Origin: Octopus sinensis
Taxonomy: Eukaryota
DNA length: 45,825 nt
Assembly: GCF_006345805.1 (NCBI RefSeq)
Contig: NW_021834934.1
Span: forward strand, 1-45,825
Reading direction: 5' to 3'
In this document: one piece after another, positions 22,373-34,195 of the stretch
How the letters are laid out: each line of letters opens with the position of its first letter
Position numbering within the stretch: the stretch's first letter is position 1
Made by a program: the position numbers and the translations under genes
The notes under the pieces: generated by a model
Databases searched by the model: none
Seen by the model: only the letters and a program-made list of their open reading frames with translations
What the model was told of the DNA's origin: nothing

Positions 22373-22745
22373 CATCATCATCATCATCATCGTTTAACGT
22401 CCGTTTTCCGCGCTAGCACGGGTTGGACGGTTCGACCGGGGTCTGGGAAGCCAGGGGCTGCTCCAGGCTCCAGTCTGATCTGGCAGAGTTTCTACGGCTG
22501 GATGCCCTTCCTAACGCCAACCACTCCGCAAGTGTAGTGGGTGCTTTTTACGTGCCACCTGCACAGGTGCCAGGGGGGGGGCATCGGTCACAATCGGTTC
22601 GAGCTTTTAACGTGCCAGCCAAGGCGGTGCTGGCAACGTTCGGATGGTATTTTTTATGTGCCACCGGCACAGGGGCCAGTCGGGGCGGCGCTGGCATCGG
22701 CCACGTTCGGATGGTGCTTTTTATGTGCCACCAGCACAGAAGCCA
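22373..22745 (-). mobile_element. SINE-C with about 4 upstream GGCACGTAAAAAGCACC units
   Basis: Tail AACCGTCCAACCC...GGACGTTAAACGATGATGATG on the minus strand. Confidence 0.8.
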
Positions 22746-23008
22746 GTATAAAAATAAAACAGATCCCACCATGGGATGTAAACGCCTTTATACATTGATA
22801 GAAAAACAGAAAGGATAGAGACGTGGGGGGGACAGAGAAAGAGTTGAAAGAAGAAAAACAACAGAGAAAGATTCAAATATCGTTTGTATTTTGTTTTGCT
22901 CTTTCCATCAAATTAGTTTCAATAAAAACTCACCGTAAAGAACTACAAAACGACATTTATAAACAAGGCACTTATCATCCTCAAGGCTTTCCAAACAGAC
23001 GCCTCACC

Positions 23009-23117
23009 CACTCAACTACCACCACTACTACTACTAATATTACTTCTACAACATTGCCATCCCACTCAACTACCACCACTACTACTACTAATATTACTTC
23101 TACAACATTGCCATCCC
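23009..23117. repeat. Perfect 54-bp tandem duplication
   Basis: CCACTCAACTACC...ACATTGCCATC twice. Confidence 0.9.
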
Positions 23118-23269
23118 AAGAAAATAAGGGGCAGCAGAAACCATAATATTTACAAACTGACAAAATTAAGTGTCGTTTACAGACCCTGAACAGGCCTCCA
23201 TTCAAGAGCCAATCTTGACCTCTTTCTTGCATACACATGTGTGTGTATGTGTGTGTGTGTGTGTATTCC

Positions 23270-23435
23270 TTTATTTTTACTTGTTTCAGACATTTGACTG
23301 CAGCCATGCTGGAGCACCGCCTCGAAGGGTTTTAGTCAAACAAATTGACCCCAGGACTAATTTTTTTTTATCCCTAGTACTTAACACCAACACTGGTTGT
23401 CGAGAACTGATGGGGAAACAAACACATAGACTCAT

Positions 23436-23466
<31 letters not shown>

Positions 23467-23617
23467 GAACAGACTTCTTTTTGCCAAACCCATTTACAAG
23501 GCCTTACTCAGCCTGAGGTCATAGTAGAAGACACTTGTCTAAGGTGCCATGCAGTGGGACTGAACCAGAAACCTTGTGGTTGAGAAGCAAACTTCTTATC
23601 ACACAGCCACGCCTGCA
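23270..23617 (-). mobile_element. SINE-A, older diverged copy
   Basis: Degenerate family match. Confidence 0.75.
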
Positions 23618-23623
23618 CCTCTT

Positions 23624-23679
<56 letters not shown>

Positions 23680-24019
23680 CTATGTGTTTTATTTGCTTCA
23701 GTCAGACCGTGGCCATGCTGGAGCACCATCTTGAATAATTTTAGCCAAACAAATTGACCCCAGTACTTATTTTTTAAGTACTGGGCTTACAAAAGAATAA
23801 GTCCCGGGGTCGAGTTGCTCGATTAAAGGCGGTGCTCCAGCATGGCCGCAGTCAAATGACTGAAACAAGTAAAAGAGTAAAAGAGAGAGAACAGAAGATA
23901 ATGGGGAAACCATTGGTGTGTCTTTACCAAGAAAGAAAATCCTGAAACTTCAGATTTTAGCAGAATGCATGACACATGAAGATATCTAACCATTTCTCTC
24001 TCTTTTTTTTTATTACTTA

Positions 24020-24402
24020 CTAGCAGTATCACCCGGCGTTGCTTGGGTTTGTAAGGGAAATTACTATAAAGCATTTTTAGAGAGTTATAGCCAAAAAATA
24101 GCAAAAAAATGGAAAAAAATGATGGTAAATTTTTTTTGAGAGTTAAAAAGGTCGAGTTGCGTCCCCATGACAGTCTGTGGTTTGTGTTTCTGATTCTCGA
24201 CCCCATGTGGAATTTATCGATTTTTTTCAGAACTGGGGGAACTTTTCAAAATTTTCGCTGCGTTAGTTTTGAATTATGACATTGGGCTATGTGTGTGTCA
24301 AGTTTCATCAGAATCGGTTGAAAGCCGTGGTCAGGGTGAGGGCACAACCTGACAGACACACAGACACACACACAGACAAACTGCCGTTTATATATAGAGA
24401 GA
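24020..24402 (-). mobile_element. Non-autonomous Helitron, second type
   Basis: Minus strand runs TC...CTAG between A and T, with the same terminal hairpin region as 918. The 5' half differs and contains (GTCT/GT)n and CCGATTCTGATGAAACTT. Confidence 0.8.
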
Positions 24403-24844
24403 TTTCAGTCATTTGACTGTGGCCATGCTGAAACACCACCTATCATGATGATGATGATATACATTAACTTTGTTCATTTAAGGTAGAGTGGTGGAAGGAC
24501 CTCATTTTTCTTTTGTTTGGATATTTTTGAAATGGAAGTAGGGAAGTAGGGCGTGGGACAAATATGTCTGAGAAGCACTGGTTTAATGTGATCGGAGCAA
24601 AAACCCTTCCTCTAAACAACAACAACAACAACCCTTTAACTAGAGATAATTACTAACCTTTAATCTGGCCCCTCACCCTAGAGGGAACTTGTGTGTTTAT
24701 AGAAAGAGAAAAGATCAGTTGATATTGGAGATATATCATGGTGGGTGTGTATCAAATAAGGAAGTGAGAGGAAGACTTGGGGTTTTCTTAAATACCAAAC
24801 ACCAGCTTTAAGGACACCAAAGTTCAGAAATAGAGGGATTTACT

Positions 24845-25165
24845 GGTGATGGTAGTGATAGTGGTGGTGGTAGCAGTGGTGCTAGTGGTGATGGAAGTGG
24901 TGATGGTAGTGATGGTGGTGACGGTGGTGGTAGTGGTGATTGAGAGGTGGTGGTGGTGGTGGTGGTAATGGTGGTGATGGTAGTGATAGTGGTAGTGGTA
25001 GCAGTGGTGTTAGTGGTGATGGTAGTGGTGATGGTAGTGGTGGTGGTAGTGATGGTGGTGACGGTGGTGGTAGTGGTGATTGAGATGGTGGTGGTGGTGG
25101 TAGTAGTGATGATAGCGATGGTTTGTAGTAGTAGTGGTGATTGAGATGGTGGTGGTGGTGGTAGT
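24845..25165. repeat. (GGT/GAT/AGT)n trinucleotide tract with higher-order repeats
   Basis: GGTGATTGAGA recurs three times. Confidence 0.9.
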
Positions 25166-25439
25166 TAGTTTTGGGTGCCAGTGGGGTCCAAAGCAGATGC
25201 AGATCCCTTCATGGCCACCCTAGTATGTGTAACAGCAACACTTAGCAGGTGCTCATTTTCAACAGGGTAGTTTGGAGTAAGATGAAATGAAAGGTCTTGC
25301 TTAAGGATGCAATATAATATAATGGTGGTGGTGGTAATGGTCTTTAGCAATAGTTATAGCTGTGTTGGTACTCAATGTGGTGGTCGTGGTAAAATTGCCA
25401 ACAGTGATGGCAGCAGAGCTAGTGATGGCTTTTATTTAA

Positions 25440-25625
25440 CCCCAGGCCAAGCTGATCCAGCAAACCTATGATCAACGTACATTTCAGTCCTGACCACTCC
25501 AGTCCCAATTTCTTTTTCTTTCTTTTTCAGGCATGGTGTATCTTGGACTATTTTATCCAATGTATCCATATTTCTTTATAACAATAAGGTGTGGTTTGAG
25601 AGAAATTTGGCTGACATTTCTGACA
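25440..25625 (+). repeat. Dispersed repeat, also inverted at about 31870-32070 with fragments near 1330-1590
   Basis: GATC.AGCA.ACC.ATGATCAA...GGTGT.ATTTGAG.GAAATTTGGCTG shared between copies. Confidence 0.6.
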
Positions 25626-26445
25626 GGTCAGACAGGTGACGGGAGGGGGGGGGCGGGTTCCCCCCCCCCCGTTATAAGAATGGCCCCTTATACAGAACCC
25701 TGTGTAAATAAAAGGACAGGTAAAACTATGATAGACATACTGGTTTGATGTTACTAATGGGGAAAGCGGGAGAGGGGGAACACCTGAGACAGGGGTGGTG
25801 GAGAAGAGACAGGGGTGGTGGAGAAGAGATAGGGAGCCGAGACAGGGGTGGAGACAAGGGAGAAAGATGACTGGAGACAGATTTCCAACAGACAAACACA
25901 GTCAGAGACTTTTACAAGTAGATGTTAGTCATTTAGTTGTTTACTAGTGGTACCTCCCATCCTTCTTGTACTGGTGGTACCTTGTGTAAATACAATGTAT
26001 ATAGATGTAAATATATACACACATACAAACGTGTGTGTGTGTGTTTTCCACTTTATACATACAGAGCAGATATACACTACACTACACACACACACACATA
26101 TATATATCATCATCATCGTTTAGCGGCTGCTTTCCATGCTGGCATGGGTTGGACGGTGCAACAGGGGTCTGGGAAGCCAGAAGGCTGCACCAGGCCCATA
26201 TATATATATATATAGTGTAATAAATAAAATATATGCATACATACAAACATATATGTATGTACCTACATCTACATGTATATATACATGCATATATAATTAT
26301 ATATACGTGTGTACAGGACACCACAAATAGATGTAAAACTCAACGAGAAACGAAAACGTAAAAACAGCATGCACAACTAAACATACATGCATTTCTCATA
26401 TTTACAAATCTATAAATATATTGTGGCACACACACGCACATATAT

Positions 26446-26496
<51 letters not shown>

Positions 26497-26498
<2 letters not shown>

Positions 26499-26656
26499 GG
26501 CATGGCTGTGTGGTAAGAAACTTGCTTCCCAACCACATTGTTCCGGGTTCAGCCCCACTGCGTGGCACCTTGGGCAAGTGTCTTCTGCAATAGCCTTGGG
26601 CAGACCAAAGCCTTGTGAGTGGATTTGGAAGATGGAAACTGAAAGAAGCCTGTCGT
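26497..26656 (+). mobile_element. SINE-A 5' half
   Basis: Head through GAAAGAAGCCTGTCGT, then RTE sequence. Confidence 0.85.
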
Positions 26657-27254
26657 GGGCCCTTTACAAACGTCATGTAAGGGCCCTTGAAAGCTTTCAT
26701 CAGAGATGTCTCAGACACATTCTGAATGTTGGCTGGACCTCAAAATCTCCAGACACACAGAGCGTGAGAACAGCTGATATCTTGAGTATTGAGGTGATGG
26801 TGCACCAGTTACCTTATTAGAATGAATAATAGCAGGATCCCTAAGCAGATGCTATATGGAGAACTTGTGAATGGAAAGACACCCCAGCAAAAACCAAGGC
26901 TGTAATTTAAGGGCTGTATCAAGTCCTTATTAAAGGCCTATGATATGCAGGAGACAATGCCTGTCATCGCCACAGATGGAGGAAGCAGGTTAAGGAGGGA
27001 CCGACACTTTTGAGAGAGCACGTATCCAGCATGAAGAACCTAAGCGAGCTGCGCGAAAGTGCACGGCTCGTATAGTGAATGGGGAAAGCTTGGTCTGCAA
27101 TGTTTGCAGTCGTGTATGCTTGTTAGGAGCAGGGCTCAGTAGCCACCAACGGAGCCGCAAATGCAAAATATTAGTTAGTCCTAGAGCGCACAATGTTCCT
27201 GAAGGTCGGCAATGGTCTTCCTCGGTCACGAGTGGACAGTCATCATCATCATCA
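26657..27254 (+). pseudogene. RTE-type LINE 3' fragment
   Basis: WALYKRHVRALESFHQRCLRHIL, RIPKQMLYGEL and CNVCSRVCLLGAGLSSHQRSR motifs; ends in (CAT)n. Confidence 0.85.
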
Positions 27255-27257
27255 TAT

Positions 27258-27424
27258 ATAGGACAAGCTTCTTTTTAGTTTCCATCTACCAAATCCACTC
27301 ACAAGGCCTTCGTCGGCCCGAGGCTATAGTAGGAGACACTTGCCCAAGGTTCCACGCAGCGGGACTGAACCTGGAACCATGTGGTTGGGGAGCAAGCTTC
27401 TTACCACACAACCATGCCTGCCTA
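27258..27424 (-). mobile_element. SINE-A 5' half
   Basis: Minus-strand head only. Confidence 0.8.
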
Positions 27425-27454
27425 TTTTAAGAAAGAAAAAAAACATATGTACAT

Positions 27455-27857
27455 ACTCTTTTTACTCTTTACTCTTATTTGTTTCAGTCATTTGACTGCG
27501 GCCATGCTGGAGCACTGCCTTTAGTCGAGCAAATCGACCCCGGGACTTATTCTTTGGAAGCCCAGTACTTATTCTATCGGTCTCTTTTGCCGAACCGCTA
27601 AGTAACGGGGACGTAAACACACCAGCATCGGTTGTCAAGCAATGCTAGGGGGACAAACACAGACACACACACACATTTATATATACATATATACGACAGG
27701 CTTCTTTCAGTTTCCGTCTACCAAATCCACTCACAAGGCATTGGTCGGCTCGGGGCTATAGCAGAAGACACTTGCCCAAGATGCCACCCAGTGGGACTGA
27801 ACCCGGAACCATGTGGTTGGTTAGCAAGCTACTTACCACACAACCACTCCTGCGCCT
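27455..27857 (-). mobile_element. SINE-A, full length
   Basis: Family match. Confidence 0.9.
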
Positions 27858-28399
27858 ACATGCATACATACTCACACACAAAAGAAAGAGAAAGAATTGG
27901 GAGAGAAAGAGCAAGTGGGGGGGGATCCTCACACACACACACACACATTCTTGTATGTATAAATATACCTATATAACAAGTAAGCAAGAGATAACTTGAA
28001 AGAAATATATTTTTTCTTTCTTAAAATAACAATAAGGATTCCATTGATGACCCTTTACTTATTGACCTAACGGCCCCTACCCCTAACTTCAACTTCCTCA
28101 ACTCCACTCACCTTTGTACCCTAACCAACACCCCTTTCTCACCCACTCTCTACATTTGACTGTCTCTGACCCCATTCCCTTAAATGTAACAACCCTTTAT
28201 ACAGAGAGAGAGAGACAACAGCCTTCCCCTCTACCCAGGTACTGGAGACATCTTTTATTGACAGTTCAATGCCATCCTGGCAGCTACACCACGCTCCCCC
28301 CACCCCGTTCTATACCTTGCAGCAGGAAGAGAAGACAGGAGAAGCTACTTTACAAAGAAACCAGGGACAACACACCCTACTATATTAACATCAAACTAT

Positions 28400-28446
28400 A
28401 CATGTGTGTTTGTATATATATATATGTGTATGTATGTGTGTGTGTG

Positions 28447-28483
<37 letters not shown>

Positions 28484-28553
28484 ATATATAATATATATAT
28501 ATGTGTGTGTGTGTGTATATATATATATATGTGTGTGTGTGTATATATATATA

Positions 28554-28584
<31 letters not shown>

Positions 28585-28730
28585 GTGTGTGTATATATAA
28601 TATATATGTGTGTGTGTGTGTGTATATATATGTGTGTGTGAGTATGTATGTATGTATGTACGTGTGTGTGTGTACGTATGTGTGTTTGTGTATGTATATA
28701 TATATATATAATATATATATATTATATGTA
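28400..28730. repeat. (TA)n/(TG)n compound microsatellite
   Basis: Direct reading. Confidence 0.95.
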
Positions 28731-29129
28731 GAAAAATACAAATTGGGACAAGAACGTAAAACATTTAGAAGACTATACAAAAAACACAGAAGGGACATTC
28801 GAAGCCTTCAATCTTCAGTCAAGAACCGGGATCATCCTCCCAATTTCGGCTGATATATATATATATTCACACACACACATGGGTGTATAAATAGCTTTGC
28901 TGTTTTTGGTCCTTCCTTCTTAAAAGTGGGTGTGTCCCTTTCAAGATAGAACTTGACAAGAAAAACACCTCACACGTGTGTGTATGTGTGCATTCATACA
29001 TACATATATTTATACATGTGTGTGTGTGTATATGCCTATATAACATATACATGTGTCTGCATAAACGGCGGTGCATCAGCATGGCCACAGCTCTGAGCTG
29101 AAACTAGAGAGTAAAAAAAAATATACACA

Positions 29130-29548
29130 TAGGCGCAGGAGTGGCTGTGTGGTAAGTAGCTTGCTAACCAACCACATGGTTCCGGGTTCAGTCCCACTAC
29201 GTGGCATCTTGGGCAAGTGTCTTCTGCTATAGCCCCGGGCCGACCAAAGCCTTGTGAGTGGATTTGGTAGACGGAAACTGAAAGAAGCCCGTTGTATATA
29301 TGTATTTATATATATATATATGTGTGTGCGTGTATGTTTGTGTGTCTGTGTTTGTCCCCCCAGCATTGCTTGACAACCGATGCTGGTGTGTTTACGTGCC
29401 CGTTACCTAGCGGTTCGGCAAAAGAGACCGATAGAATAAGTACTGGGCTTACAAAAGAATAAGTCCCGGGGTCGAGTTGCTCGATTAAAGGCGGTGCTCC
29501 AGCATGGCCGCAGTCAAATGACTGAAACAAGTAAAAGAGTAAAAGAGT
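29130..29548 (+). mobile_element. SINE-A, full length
   Basis: Family match. Confidence 0.9.
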
Positions 29549-29597
<49 letters not shown>

Positions 29598-30004
29598 ACA
29601 AACATCAAGAAATACATAACATAGATGTGAAATTTGACTCCAGGGAAAGTGATATGATAAGTAGGTAAATACCAGGAGGTCAAAGTTGACGATTAGTGAC
29701 AAAGGAGAGTGTACTGATAGAAGGTCTGGATTAAGAAGATCAGAGAGAGGGAGAGAGAGGGAGGGAGAGAGAGAGAGCAGAGGCAGGGAGAGGGAATATA
29801 AGGTGAATGTTTAGAGAGAGAGAGAGAGAGAGAAGGTTAAATAACAGACATTGTGTATGTTATGTAGTTCAGTGTTGTTAATTAATTTGTGTAATTTGTA
29901 GAATTATTTGACTGTCACCCCCCCCCCCCCGCGTGCCACAACTTCCGCCACTCAAAGATATGTAGCTTTTGGGGTTTTTTTTTTTATTGGTTCATTCATT
30001 GGAT

Positions 30005-30365
30005 AGTGGGGCCATGCTGGAGCACACCACCTTTGAAGGGTTTCGGTTTGAACAAATCGGTACTTGTACTATTGGTCCCTTTTGCTGAACTGTTATGTTA
30101 TGGGGACGTAAACAAACCAACACTGATGGTCAATCAGTGTGGGAGGTCAAACATAGATACAAAAACACATACACACACTCATACATATATACACACATAC
30201 ATGCACATACACACGCACACACGCACAAATATACATACACTCACTCATACACACATATACATGTACACACGTGCACATACGATGGGCTTCCACATAGTTT
30301 CCACCTACCAAGTTGACCCACAAGACATTGGTTGACCTGAGGATATCTACAAGATGCCATGCAGT
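30005..30365 (-). mobile_element. SINE-A, old diverged copy
   Basis: Degenerate tail, microsatellite and partial head. Confidence 0.65.
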
Positions 30366-30367
30366 GG

Positions 30368-30850
30368 AACTGAAGGAGATCATCATCATCATCATCATCG
30401 TTTAGCGTCTGCTTTCCATGCTAGCATGGGTTGGACGGTTCAACTGGGGTCTGTGAAGCCGGAAGGCTTCATCAGGCCCAGTCAGATCTGGCAGTGTTTC
30501 TACGGCTGGATGCCCTTCCTAACGCCAACCACTCCGTGAGTGTAGTGGGTGCTTTTTACGTGCCACCTGCACAGGTGCCAGACAGAGCTGGCAAACGGCC
30601 ACGAACAGATGGTGCTTTTACGTGTCACCGGCATGGGGGCCAGGCGAGGCTGGCAACGGACACGAACGGATGGTGCTTTTACGTGTCACCGGCACGGGGG
30701 CCAGGCGAGGCTGGCAACGGACACGAACGGATGGTGCTTTTACGTGTCACCGGCACGGGGGCCAGGCGAGGCTGGCAACGGACACGAACAGATGGTGCTT
30801 TTACGTGTCACCGGCACGGGGCCAGGCGATGTTGGCAACGGACACGAATG
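30368..30850 (-). mobile_element. SINE-C with 5 tandem units of about 61 bp
   Basis: GGTGCTTTTACGTG at about 30548, 30611, 30672, 30733 and 30794. Confidence 0.9.
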
Positions 30851-31159
30851 AATGATATTCTAAACAATTCCATTTCTAAATCCTCGTTATCATCAAAGAT
30901 GTCTTGAGCTCAAATTCTAATTGGAGACTACATTTTTACCTTTCAACCTCCCGGAACATAAGATGGGCTGGCTACCATGAAACAGCAATCAAAAACACAG
31001 GGTTTTCATTGATGTTACCTGTCCTAGAGGTATCCCCTAATCTCCAAAAAAATAGTTCCCTGTCCTGAAAGGTACAGTTTAGTTCCTTTATTTGGTTGTT
31101 CTTTGAAACCATGATCTCGCGATTGTGAGTACAACATCCTAACTTCTAGGCCATGTGCC

Positions 31160-31382
31160 CCCACAATAATAATCTTTTCTACTATAGGCACAAGGCCTGA
31201 AATTTGAGGGAAGGGGATAGTCGATTATATCAACCCCAGTACTCAAATGGTACTTGATTTATTGACCCTGAAAGGATGAAAGGCAAAGTTGACCTTGGAA
31301 GGATTTGAACTCAGAACATAGTGACAGACAAAAGGCTAAGCATTTCGCCCAGTGTGCTAACAATTCTGCCAGCTTACTACTT
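31160..31382 (-). mobile_element. SINE-B'
   Basis: Family match. Confidence 0.8.
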
Positions 31383-31418
31383 AAAAAATAATAATAATAA
31401 TGATAATAATGTGTTTCT

Positions 31419-31648
31419 TTATTACCCACAAGGGGCTAAACATAGAGGGGACAAACAAGGACAGACACATGGATTAAGTCGATTACATTGACCCCAGTGC
31501 GTAACTGGTACTCAATTTATCAACCCCGAAAGGATGAAAGGGGTCGATAAATTGAGTACCAGTTACGCACTGGGGTCAATGTAATCGACTTAATCCGTGT
31601 GTCTGTCCTTGTTTGTCCACTCTATGTTTAGCCCCTTGTGGGTAATAA
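31419..31648. repeat. Near-perfect palindrome of SINE-B 3' halves (109-bp arms, 12-nt loop)
   Basis: Arms 31419-31527 and 31540-31648, with 3 mismatches by hand alignment. Confidence 0.9.
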
Positions 31649-32149
31649 TAATAATCCTTCCTACTATAGGCACAAAGCCAGCATTTCAGGGAATGGGGTA
31701 AGCCAATTACATCGGCCCCTATACTCAACTGGTTCTTATTTCATCGATCCCAAAAAGATGATCAGCTAAGTCGCCCACTGTGGGATTTGAACCCAGAACG
31801 TAAAGACAATCGAAATGCCGCTAAGTATTTTGTTTATTTTGCCATTTTACCAGTTTCTATGGATACCAGTCACTGTAGGAAGCGCGATATGGTCGCTTGG
31901 CTTGCTGAAAATAGAAGCTAAATTTCCCTAAAATCACATTGTAGCATCTTGAAAAGTGAAGGCCATTTTCGGATAATATAGTCTGGGATATATAGAATAC
32001 CTGAAAGGATGGAATAGTCATGGTTGGAGCATCTTTGATGATGGGGTCTGCTTTGATCAGGGATGACAGGGGATGAAACAACAACAACAAAAGCAGAAAC
32101 CAAAAAAAAAATCTGTTAATCATCTTTGTACAACAATTTCCAACGTTGC

Positions 32150-32640
32150 TTAGTGGTAGTAGCAGTAATAGTAGTAACAGTAAAGATGGTAGTAGTGGTA
32201 GTAGAAAGAGGAGCTGTAATGGTGGTGGTGGTGGCAGTAGTAGTAACGATGGTGGTGGTAGTAGTAGTAGTAGAAGTAGTAACGATGGTGGTGATGGTGG
32301 TGGTGGTAGTAGTAGTAGTGGTGGTGATGGTGGTGGTGGTAGTAGTAACGATGGTGGTGCTGGTGGTGGTGGTGGTAGGTAGTAGTAGTAGTAGAAGTAG
32401 TAACGATGGTGGTGATGGTGGTGGTGGTGGTGGTGGTAGTAGTAGTAGTAGTAGAAGTAGTAACGATGGTGGTGATGGTGGTGGTGGTAGTAGTAGTAGT
32501 AGTTCTGATGGTAGTGATGGTAGCTATGCTTGTGTTTGTGTATTTTAGTAAGTTGATGATGAAGATGACTGGAATGGTGATGATGATGATGATGATGATG
32601 ATACTGGCTCTGTTGCAAGCAGTGGTTGTAATGGTTTGAT
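32150..32640. repeat. (GGT/AGT/GAT)n tract with recurring GTAGTAACGATGGTGG
   Basis: Direct reading; explains the poly-V/H/P/Y ORFs. Confidence 0.9.
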
Positions 32641-33410
32641 GGTGTGTGTGTGTTTGGTTTGAGTTGGGGTGGGTGGGGTATTCGCCACACTCAAAACAAT
32701 CTTTCTTTTATGTACAACAACCAAAAAAAAAAGCTAGAAAAAAAATACTTTAAAGGAAGAAAGAAAGAAAGAAAGAAGCAGTGGGTAGGAAATGGATGAG
32801 AAAGAAGTGGAAGAGAGAGGAGGAGGAGGAGGAGGAGAATAAGCAGAGTGGCAGTGGCACTTATAGGGGGGGGGGGGAAGTAGGGGTAGAAGGGTTACTG
32901 GTAGGGGTGGTGGTGGTGGTGGTGGTGGTGGTAACCCTGAAACAAAAGAGGAACTTTCCTCCAGGAATCATATCAAGAGGTTAGCAGGGAACTTAAAACA
33001 CAGCAGCTGATGTTTATTTTGGTGTGTGTGTGTGTGTGTGGTGAGAAAACTGTGGTGGTGGTCGTGGTGGAGTGCCAGTTTTTGATGAGAAGAACCTGTC
33101 TTCAATTATTGAATTGCAGTATTGAATTGTGTGTCTGTGTTTGTCCCCCTAGCATTGCTTGACAACCGATGCTGATGTGTTTACGTCCCCGTAACTTAGT
33201 GGTTCGGCAAAAGAGACCGATAAAATTAAGTACTGGGCTTACAAAGAATAAGTCCTGGGGTCGATTTGCTCGACTAAAGGCGGTGCTCCAGCATGGCCGC
33301 AGTCACGTGACTGAAACAAGTAAAAAGTAAAAAAAAAAGTAAAATTTAGAAAAGATTGTAGGTATTTGACATCTACTTCTAGCATATAGGCACAGGCATT
33401 CCAGAGCCCT

Positions 33411-33620
33411 TAACCCTTTTGTTACCATATTTCTGTTGAGATGCTCTGTGTTTCTTTCAATTCATTTTAAATATAACAAAGAATTTAGTAAAATAACTTA
33501 GTTATCATTAAGCTAGTGTTAGGAACATAAATTGTGACTAAGGTTTGGTGGAAGATTTTAATTCAGGACTTTTGAAAGCAAGACATTTGTACTACAGAGC
33601 CAGGTTGGTATCACAATGGT
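33411..33620 (-). mobile_element. piggyBac-like MITE (same family as 8871)
   Basis: TTAACCCTTTTGTTACCATATTTCTGTTGAG... is the reverse complement of the 8871 body. Confidence 0.75.
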
Positions 33621-33681
33621 TTATTATAATTATATACTTAAAAGTAGATAGACAGATATAAATAAAATGATATATATAGAC

Positions 33682-34195
33682 ATAGGAGTGACTGTGTGGT
33701 AAGTAGCTTGCTTACAAACCACATGGTTCCGGGTTCAGTCCCACTGCGTGTTACTTTGGGCAAATGTCTTCTACTATAGCCTCGATACGACCAAAACCTT
33801 GTGAGTGGATTTGGTAGACAGAAACTGAAAGAAGTCCATTATATATATGTGTGTGAGTGTATATATATATATATATATATTTATGTGTGTGTATATGTTT
33901 GTGTATCTGTGTTTGTCCCCCCAACATCACTTGACAACCGATGTTGGTGTGTTTACATCCCCATAACTTAGCAGTTCGGCAAAAGACACCAATAGAATAA
34001 GTACTAGGGTTACAAAGAATAAGTCCTGGGGTCGATTGGCTTGACATCTTTTTTTACTACCCACAAGGGGCTAAACATAGTGGGGGACAAACAAGGACAG
34101 ACAAAGGGATTAAGTCGATTACATCGACCTCCAGTGCTTGACTATAGGCAGTGCTCCAGCATGGCCACAGTCAAGTAAAAAAGTAAAGAGTAAGA
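33682..34195 (+). mobile_element. SINE-A interrupted by an inverted SINE-B 3' fragment (about 34046-34135)
   Basis: GCTTGAC repeated on both sides of the insert. Confidence 0.75.

Noticed and set aside
25505-25625. Strong-looking acceptor TTTCTTTTTCAG at about 25530
   Set aside because: It lies inside a dispersed repeat also present inverted at about 31900-32070.
28225-28385. Possible exon after a pyrimidine tract (VLETSFIDSSMPSWQ...)
   Set aside because: The CAG|GTAC site reads equally well as a donor, the frame ends in a stop, and no homology is recognised.
30548-30850. HDV-like ribozyme in the SINE-C unit (CCAGCCTCGCCTGGC resembles P3/L3)
   Set aside because: No complementary P1 strands or J4/2 could be placed in either orientation.
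31857-32690. 277-aa ORF with poly-H/Y/P/L runs, and similar poly-V ORFs at 24947 and 32126
   Set aside because: Trinucleotide microsatellite translations.
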